DNA of 64,000 nucleotides, from the NCBI RefSeq assembly GCF_018977255.1, contig NW_024704752.1, positions 9,796,001-9,860,000 on the forward strand. Reading direction: 5' to 3'. Made by a program: the position numbers and the translations under genes. Positions 55,016 to 64,000 of the stretch are shown here, in pieces. Position 1 is the stretch's first letter; each line of letters starts with the position of its first letter. A model generated the notes under the pieces. That model was given only the letters and a program-made list of their open reading frames with translations. It was not told where the DNA came from and ran no database searches. Source of the stretch: Callorhinchus milii. Taxonomy: Eukaryota.

Positions 55016-55276
55016 CAGATGTCCCAAAGCACTTCACAGAATATGCTGCAAATTGAATTGACCGTATATTTGTGGGTGAAATGCGGCAGCCAATTGCGCA
55101 CGGCAGTGTCCCACAAACAGTCATGGATTGAAAATTACCAATTTATTATTGTTTTGTTTTGGTGGGATTATATGTGTGGAGTAAGGAAATTTATCCAAGG
55201 TTTCGCCCTGCCTGGCATTGAACCCAGGTGTCTCGCTTGCAAGGCGAGTGCTCTAACCACTGAGCTACAGGACTCC
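55016..55276 (-). mobile_element. tRNA-derived SINE, tail truncated
   Basis: Reverse complement of the 43582 family, head ending at CAGGACTCC. Confidence 0.88.
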
Positions 55277-55433
55277 ATTTGTTAATTGGAAGGGATATGG
55301 TGCCTCGGATACAGAGGATAATATACAAAGCAATACACATCTAGAAGACCAAGTTGAATAGGTGAAGCAATTGTCATTATATTTAAAATATATTTTCTTG
55401 TAGATCAAAAAACTGTTAATCTTATGAGAAAGT

Positions 55434-55761
55434 GGAGTCCTGTAGCTCAGTGGTTAGAGCACTCGCTTTGCAAGCGAGAGACCTGAGTGAGTTCAATTCC
55501 AGGCAGAGGGCGAAACCTTGGGCAAGTTTCCTTACTCCACACAGAGCCTAATAATAATCCCTCCAAAACCAAAAACAATAATAAATTGGTCATTTTCAAT
55601 CCACGACTGTTTGTGGGACATTGCTGTGCGCAATTGGCTGCCGCGTTCGCCCACAAATATACAGTCAATTCACTTTACAGTGTATTCTGTGAAGCGCTTT
55701 GGGACGTCCTCCCGACGTGAAAAGCGCTACATCAAATGCAAGGATTATTATTATTATTATT
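55434..55761 (+). mobile_element. Young full-length tRNA-derived SINE
   Basis: Near-identical to 43582-43913, with a 4-nt GAGT duplication before the B box. Confidence 0.92.
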
Positions 55762-56418
55762 AAAGATTGCTCAGATGACATTCGCATTACCTTGTAGTGG
55801 ATTAGCCAACTTGTATTGAAAAGGTAAAAGAAAAATGTGTGACTTTGAAGATATGCACACTCAGAGTGTTCTGTGATGGAAGTCATCACTGCCTCTAACT
55901 TACAATAGTTACAATACAAGGTGTGGACACTGGTTAGAGAAACTGATTTCTGCTGTGCGCAATTGGCTGCAGCATTTCACAAGTAACATATACAGTAAAA
56001 ACATTTCACAGTATGTTCTTCAAAGCACTGTGAGACATCTCGAAGGATTATTCTAATTATTATTTCAAATTAAATAAAACTTGTATTTGATAAAGCATTT
56101 ATCATGGCAAATGTCTTGAAGGGCTTCACAGAGATTGCTGTTAAGTGCAAAGACAACGCATTTGTAAATGAAATATTTTAATCAAGATATCTATTGCAGA
56201 ACAACTGAAGTTGAAGCAAAATGCACTGAGAAAATATTAACATTTTATTGTCCAAGTAAACAAACTTACATCGAAGACAATAAATTATTCACTATTTGGA
56301 CACAATTATTACACAATATATCAGATTCCTATGACACTTGAGAGTAATTAAAAAAAGCAACATCTAACTAACTTGTACCTTTTTTGAACAAAATGTTATT
56401 TTCATTCAGAAAGCATGT

Positions 56419-59400
56419 TCACTGTTTCTTGGAAACCATTTTACCCGTCATGTGCTTCTTTGTATTTTCTTCTTTTTTCAGTAGGATAATGTAACATTTA
56501 GGAGCAAAAATACAGACAAGTAGCCCAAAGCTTGATGCCAAAATTGCAAATATTTCTACAGCCACAGTATATTTTCCAGGAGAGCTTACATAAGCTGGAA
56601 TGAAAGTGATCCAAACAGCACAGAAGATAAGCATGCTGAAAGTGATGTGCTTCGCTTCATTGAAGTTGTCTGGAAGTCGGCGAGCGAGAAAAGCAACTAC
56701 AAAGCATACACCAGACAACAGTCCAATGTAACCAAGTACACAGTAAAAGGCTACAGCAGATCCCAGATGGCATTCAAACACGATTCTCTCCTTAAAATAT
56801 TCACTATTTTTCAGTGGATAAGGTGGTGCCAAACATAGCCAGACAGTACATATTAAGCATTGTATCAGGGTAAGGATGAGAACACTCAGGCGTTGTTGTG
56901 TAGGTCCAAACCACTTCATCATGTTATTACTGGGAAGTGTTGCATTAAACGCCATCACCACAACGATCGTTTTTCCCAAAACACAGGAAATACAAAGAAC
57001 AAAAGTGATACCAAAGGCTGTGTGACGTAACCTACAGGACCAGACTGAAGGCTCTCCAATGAATGCAATTGAGCACAGAAAACACAAAGCTAATGCGAAA
57101 AGAAGCAGAAAACTTAACTCTAAGTTATTAGCTTTAACAATAGGAGTGTTTCTGTGAACATAAAAAGTTTCAAATACACTTATAGTGATGCAAACTCCAA
57201 GCAATGCAATTATCACTGGAACAATCCCCAATGTCTCCTCGAAGGAGAGGAATTCAATTTCCTTCAGTATGCAATGATCTCGTTTATCATTGGACCGGTA
57301 TTCCAAAGGACATTTGAGGCAAACGGTTGAATCTGAAAAAAAATTGTGATTGAAAGAACCAGAATGGAAATCCATTCAATAAATGTTGGAGAATATAGGA
57401 AAGAATTAATAGCTGTGTTTGTTCTTACCAGTGATGTTACTAATTTCACCATCAGCACATTCTATACAATCAAAGCAACACTTTGGTTGTCCTCTTCTTG
57501 TTGCTTTCCTGGTTCCTGGGAGACAACTGTCCGAGCAAACAGCCCGTGGGACCTAATTATAGAGAAATACTGATATTAGATGTCACTATTCTACAATTGC
57601 TCTTTTGCTGAAAGCACGTGATTCTTCAGTTACAGGTAAAAAGGCCATACCCCCATCACACCAGTTCTAGCCGGTCTCCACTGGTTCCCTATCACTGAAC
57701 GGATGGATTTCACGATCCTCACACTTGTCTTCAAATCCCTTCATGCCCTGGCACAATCCGCCCGGGTTACTCCCCAACTCACTACTTTCTGCCTCCACTC
57801 GATTGTTCCCAGCCTCCTGCTTGCCCCTCGTGCCCTCCTTTCCACCATCAGTGGCCGCACTTTCAACCACATGCCCTGAAACTCTGGAACACTCCGCCTT
57901 GACCCGTCCTTCCCCATCTTCAAGTTGAGCCTGAAAATCTTTCTCAACCGTGCCTACGGTCACTTCTCCTCTTCCCCCGGCTTGGCATCATGCTCCACAC
58001 CTCTGGGACACTACCCTGTGTGACAGATGTTACATAAATACAAGTTGTTGTTGTAATTAATTTATCCCGAGATTCAGGTTGAGTTGTATCTGAGACACGA
58101 GGATGTAATAGAAGCCCTTACTGTAATCCGACCTCCACTCCATACAATTGCCTCTTCCTTTATCTTAAATTCTTCCCCCGGAGGAGCAGATCCATCATAG
58201 TGCCCAATAGTAGCAACATCAGTACCGTCGAGGTCATTCGGTTGCCAGTTTATAATATCGTACATTGCCACTGGATCCCCATTTTCATCGAAATGAACAT
58301 ATTCACCAATCTTTGTGATGAAATTTACCATTTTCATGTAATGAAAAATCTTTATTGGAAAATAACAAGTGAAGAGGAAATAATCTTTTATTTCTGCGAA
58401 ACATTTAAACACTTTCAAGGGTGCAACCCAAAGCAATACAAGGCACACAGTTTGTAGGTTCCAATCTCGGTCAATACCGAGCAGCAATAGAAGCTTTAGT
58501 GTCACTGAGCTAATGAAAGGAAAAATCAGTGCCCTTATTAAATATCAGTATCCTTAATCTTTATTAATATTCAATCACCATTTTCCTTCATGTAACGAGA
58601 ACTTTTGAAGACCCAGAGCAAGAATAGGTTTGAGGTGGGTGGTAATGTCCATCAATTTAAATAATGTGAAAACATTCACTCTCTAAGGCCACTTTTTAAA
58701 AAAAATTTGCGACGGCCAAAAATATGGAGATCCGAACAACAGCAAAATAGGAAACAGTAATAATAATAATCCTTGCATTTGATATAGTGCTTTTCACGTC
58801 TTCTAGACGTCTCAAAGCGCTTCACAGAATATATTGTAAAGTGAATTGACTGTATATTTGTGGGCGAAACACGGCAGCCAATTGCGCACAGCAGTGGCCC
58901 ACGAACAGTCGTGGATTGAAGTGAACAAATTATTATTTTTTTTCTTCAGGGGTTATTATCAAGCATGTGGAGTAAGGAAAGTTGCCCAAGGTTTCGTCCT
59001 GCCGGGAATCGAACCCAGGTCTCTCACTTGCAAGGCGAATGGTCTAGCCACTGAGCTACAGGACTCCACAGAATTGGAGAATTCTCCATAGAATTCTCCA
59101 CAGAAAAACACAAAAATCACAAACAATTATGTTTAAATAATATATTTGGTATAACACTTGAACCACAGATCCATGACTGTAACTTTCTATTCATATTGCA
59201 CCTAATACAAATGAAAGCTAAACACTTTTGAAATGTTTCACTTTTACATGAAGAATTATATGAATTTCTTCTTACTTGCCATGGTTGAAAATTTGAAAGA
59301 TTTGCACAACTCTTGTTGGAAAAAGGTCCTTTGCCACTTTCACATGACAGCATATCCTGAAGAGCATGGGCTAAAGCGTAGGTTGCTGTATAAACCTTGT

Positions 59401-62208
59401 AGGAAATTCTGTACTGAGACACATCTGTATATGTATTATGTACCGTCTGTAAATTCTCTCGTCCTGTGCATTCCTTAATTCCGTCTGCTTTATGCTCCTC
59501 GTTTCTTAATGTACAGTTGAAGGTCATTTCCCAAAACTCTTTTATTAAGCGGCTTCCTGGATATGCAGAAGGATGAACTCGCAGTAGAAACTCTCTCAAT
59601 CCTGGAAGGTGTACTTTGCGAATTGCAATTCCAATCGTGCCGGAAAGGAACTGTCTACTTTCTTCTGGGGACAGATGTGTTGTGGTGACCCACGCCTCAC
59701 TTCCTATCCATTGAATACCTGTCACGTTTTGTCGCACAATTTCTTTCAGTAGAGCAGTCATCTGAGAGTGACCGAGAAAGGCTATAACAACCTTTGTGGT
59801 AGATTTCTTAATAATATCTACAGTATTATGCAATTCTTGCTGTGAGTATGTTAAATGGAAAGACTCAGAGAAGGCAATGCAAACATCTAGTTGTTGTACA
59901 GCTTCTGTGAACGCTTGCATTCCAATGTTACCATAGTCATCATCATTTCTAATGGTCCCGATCCACTTCCAACCAAAGTGTTTCACCAGCTGAGCCAAGG
60001 CTCTGACCTGAAAGTAGTCACTTGGTATTGTCCTAAAAAATGATGGATATGCCTTCCTGTTGCTCAGACATTCACATGTAGCAAAGTAACTTACCTACGG
60101 AAATTAGGATGAGAAAGAGAGCAAATAATCTGGATCTCAAATTATAATTACCTGTAAATAGAATATTCACTTTTCAATATATCAGTGCTGTCAGCATTTA
60201 TTAAAGCTCAGTAACCGTTGTTGATTATCAAATTAATAACTGCTTGATCGCTTCCATTTAGTAATGAACTATGATAGAGTATATAACCTACATTCATCAA
60301 ATATTGATCAACTTTCCAAACATCTTCTTCCCTCAGTTTTAAGAAGAAGAAGAAAAAAAATGATTTTCTCCAATGAGACACTGATTTAAATAAATTGTTA
60401 CTTTAGGACCGTTCTTGAAATCCTATTGAAATAGAATGATCCCTAGGAACATCGTTTGGTGTAAAATGATATCGTATTACATATACTTTATAACGTAGAA
60501 CTAGGTCATGAGACCAAGTTGTTCATGCCTGTGTTTATACTCCACATGAGCCTCCATCCATCTTAATTTTCGCTCTCCGACCATTCAATATACTTTTCAT
60601 TAAAATATATGAAACATTGTCATTCTGAAAGTGTAAAATCGGCTGATAAATTGATAAGACATTATTAAAGACCTGATGCAATAAAGATTAATTATGAATT
60701 ACTTTATCGATTTATGTGGCAAATAACTATGCATTTTTCTTATAATCGCGGATTCTAACAGTATGGAACTAAAAGCAAGCGGATTATAAAGTAAAATAAA
60801 GTTGAATATCACTTTTCTATTCCTGTGTTGCAGCAAACTGATATCTTCTCCCATGAAATAGCTTACCATCGGGATCCTAAAAGGAGCAATTAAGGTCGCT
60901 ATTGCTGCGGAAAGTGAAGAAATTGTGTCACCAACAATAGCAGAAACCACGGGTGCCCTTTTGCAGGTGAAATCTGAAGATGTTTCTTCGAGTCTGTTTA
61001 AAAATTCGATGGTTGTTTTTATTGACACGGAAGGCATTCCACAAGAGTCAGAAATCCAGTAGCCCAAAGTAATGTTGGGAAGCAGTGACGGGTCTTTGTT
61101 TATTTCTTCTATTGCAAAGATCATCGCCATTGCTAAACGAAACAGTCTGAATCGAAACCTTTAGCAATGACAGTGAAAGTGACATTGGTATTTGTATTAT
61201 GCAAAACAACAACAACAACATTACATTTATATAGCACCTTTCACGTCGGGTGGGCGTCCCAAAAGAATAAAGCAATAGATAGATTTTTCTTTCCTGCAGA
61301 CATAGCAAAGAGGGATAAAATGATGGATGTAGCATTCACAGCAAAATGAAACATCTTGGTCTATTGATCACAAATATAAACAATAAAATCATAGCTCACA
61401 TAGATATTGTTAACTCTTTTTTAGGTTACAGCTTAACCTAATTTAAAGCAATTCAAATTATTCTAATTATTTTGAAGAAATACCTGGTCTAGTCCAGCTT
61501 TAGTACCTGCTTAACAAACTAATTCCGCCCATATGGATGTTGTTTAATGTCCACTGATCTACTGGGAAGAGAAGCTAAATTAAAACGTGGGACACTCTAA
61601 TATGCGAACCATCCTGAATATTTCAGGCACGTTTACAATTTATGGAATCATTTCTACTTCCTAATAAAAAGAGAATTCACCAATGTATTGTCAGATAAAC
61701 CTAATTGTCAATTTACCCGGAGGATACATGGATATCACTACAGCACTCGTATTCCTATCAGTTGAGTTTCATCTCGTATCAATTCGAATATATTGTGGAG
61801 GGAATCACTACAATGGCATCCAAACTCAAATAATTGTGTACTGCTCTATCCTTCGTGCCTTTAAAAGAAAAGCTTCCAAAAAATATATACTCTCTTACAA
61901 TTTGCAAATTATTTAAAAGCGTGCAAATAGTTTGGTTATTTCACGACATTCATCCGCAACGTTCGGTTAAGACAAATGGACAGTTTTACTAACTTTGTAC
62001 ATGTTACTGCTTTTGGTTGGGATTTAAAATCCATATCCTGATCCTCAACATCGACATGAATACTGAAAACTCCTCCGAGAACGATGTCGCCGTCTTTAGT
62101 TAAACTAAGTGGATCAAACATCCCCCAACGTTTACAGGTTGTCTCTTCAGTCAGCCACACAGGAACAAGAACAGCAAACAATAGCACACAGAGCATAGGG
62201 AAACACAT
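56419..62208 (-). CDS. V2R/OlfC receptor gene 8, open frame. Exons 62208-61994, 61158-60867, 60094-59276, 58349-58122, 57552-57429, 57332-56419
   Basis: Canonical exon lengths and junctions; some unusual TM1 substitutions. Confidence 0.9.
57640..58053 (+). mobile_element. L2 3' fragment in gene 8 intron 4
   Basis: LHWFP and LWNT-like translation with (TTG)n tail; empty site CAGGTAATTAATTTATCCCGAG in genes 3 and 4. Confidence 0.75.
58758..59067 (-). mobile_element. Full-length tRNA-derived SINE in gene 8 intron 3
   Basis: Head with GGTTCGATTCC B box, (AAT)n tail; ACAG on both flanks is a possible target-site duplication. Confidence 0.9.
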
Positions 62209-62599
62209 GGTTTATAAATGTGCCCATCAGTGTCCAGAACTACAGCCAATCGCCCTTATATACTGTAGATACTGTTATATTCCACTCACAGCTGTGTACA
62301 TTGGCTTTAAATAGGCGTATTATTCCAGGGGCTCTGAACAAATTACAGACAATTCTCAGAAGGAAGCAGGTTACCACTTTAATCTTCGTTCAGATAATCA
62401 AACCAAATAAGAAAATAACATATTTTAATTATACAGTCGTCTGAGCATAAGGTGGAATCATTCCCTTTTCAATAATTTCCGAGAGAACGATTAATTTAAT
62501 TAAGGCTTATGGTTTAATTTAACAGATGTGCGCCATGTGTCGGAAACGCTTTACTGTACCCCATACAGAATACTGAACAACTATTTCATCAAGGTTTAC

Positions 62600-64000
62600 C
62601 TGGAATCCCAAATAATGGTGGAGTTCGGGAAGGGTGGGAAGTCGGGTCTCGGGAGGGAGGTGTCGCGCGGGGGCGAGATGGAGGTCAGGACAGGCAGTGT
62701 CGGGGGGCGTGTGGGGAGGGAGTCAGCCGTAACTGGGGAGGATTATAGACAAGGAGTAGGACGTGAAGTGAGTGGAGGCCTGAACATGGGGTTCAGTGAG
62801 GGGAGATCAGACAAGGATAGGTCGCGGTCTGAGTGTTGTATTTAGCCAGGGTCAGGCTGGAGGCAGGTCTGTGAGACAAGCTTGGGGTTGAGTCCATACG
62901 GAAGATCCTGATAGGAATACCTGTAGGAGGGTAACCAAAGACACGGTGAAAGGGGATGGACTTGAGACAGGTAGGGAGGAGCAAGGCCACAGAGTGCCTT
63001 GAAGGTGAGGACCAGGAACTTTATCCTCTGAGCGATGGGGAGACAGTGGAGCAGGGCAAGGATGGGGGATATAGGGTTGCGGAGCCTGGTGCAGGAGAGG
63101 ACATGGACAGCAGAGTTCTCGGTGATCTTCAGCCTATGGAGGGAGAAGTTGGGGAGGCCAACAAGCAGGGAGCTTGCATTGTCGAGCCTGGATGTGAAGA
63201 ACGTGTGGATGTGGGTCTTGGCCGGTGGTGAGAGACAGTGGTGGAACCGGGCAATATTGTGGAGGTAGGGAAAAGCGAAGTGGGTCATGGCATCGATGTG
63301 GGAGATGACAGGCTTGAGGGCTGAACTGGACGTTGAGGTTCCATATTGGCTCCATGACGTGTAGAATTCATCCATGAAACATAATGCTTTCAGAGCCTGA
63401 GGTATGGAGGCACTGATGGGAGCCAAGCATGAGGGCCTGAGTCTTGTTGACATTCAACTGAAGAAAGTTAGCTCTCATCAAGGACTTGATGTCCTTCAGG
63501 CAGTCTGTGAGGACAGCAGTGGTTCTGAAGTCAAGGGTGGAGATGGAGAGGTAGAGTTGGGTGTCATTTGCATACAAGTGTAAGCCTACAGATGATGTCA
63601 CCAAGGGAGAGCATGTAGATGTTGAAAAGGAGGGGACCAAGGATAGAGCTCTGAGGGATGCCACACATGATGGTGTGAGGGCTGGAGGAGAAGCCGTTAG
63701 TGGAGACAAAGTGGAGGGATGGTGGGAGAGGTTGGATTTGAACCAGGCAAGGGCAGTTCCAGGAGGTTGAGCTGAAAGGAGAGGTGGTGGTGGAGGATAG
63801 AATGGTCAATAGTATTGAAGGCAGCAGAAAGGTCAAGGAGGACAAGGAGGCAGAGAGAGCCCTGGTCAAAGATGGACAGAATGTCATTAGTAACTTTGAC
63901 CAAGACATTTTCTGTGTTGTGGGCAGCATGGAAACATGATTGGAGAGGTTTGTAGAGGGAATGGCAGGAGAGGAAAGAGGAAAGATGGGACATGATGACT
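62600..64000 (-). mobile_element. Decayed L2-clade LINE, reverse transcriptase domain to 3' end, truncated by the window
   Basis: Frameshifted pieces LLVLLDLSAAFNTIDH, GIPQSSILGPLLFNIYM, HLYANDTQLY (YADD degenerate), NFLQLNVNKTQ, TSRLDN and LHCLPI..KALCGLAPPYL. Confidence 0.9.

Noticed and set aside
10869-62208. Protocadherin- or Ig-like variable-exon/constant-exon locus
   Set aside because: Every unit has its own complete six exons, promoter-like region and stop codon; no shared constant exon or recombination signals were noticed.
62842-63993. Reverse transcriptase ORFs as an active element or a retron/DGR-like system diversifying the receptors
   Set aside because: Multiple frameshifts, YADD changed to YAND and ordinary L2 motifs; no template/variable repeat pair seen.

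Overview
Vertebrate genomic DNA, most likely a cartilaginous fish (inferred from the repeat families, not confirmed). The window holds a head-to-tail array of eight minus-strand, six-exon class C GPCR genes of the V2R/OlfC (CaSR-like) chemoreceptor family. Gene 1 is a divergent paralog cut off by the left edge. Genes 2-8 form a recent subfamily with coding exons of 215/292/819/228/124/914 nt (863 aa). Genes 2, 3, 5, 6 and 8 read through intact; gene 4 (1-nt deletion) and gene 7 (GAG>TAG) are both broken in exon 4. Introns and spacers carry tRNA-headed SINEs, Deu-domain SINEs, L2 LINE fragments and Penelope-like palindromic repeats. Most notable: an AG|GTRAGY recursive-splice-like motif opening exon 3 in all seven subfamily members; chimeric genes from unequal crossover; near-identical exon 5-6 segments against variable ligand-binding exons; an inverted repeat bracketing one exon 4; sense-strand minimal hammerhead-like cores in two introns; and a positionally conserved promoter block. 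No wholly new system can be established from sequence alone.
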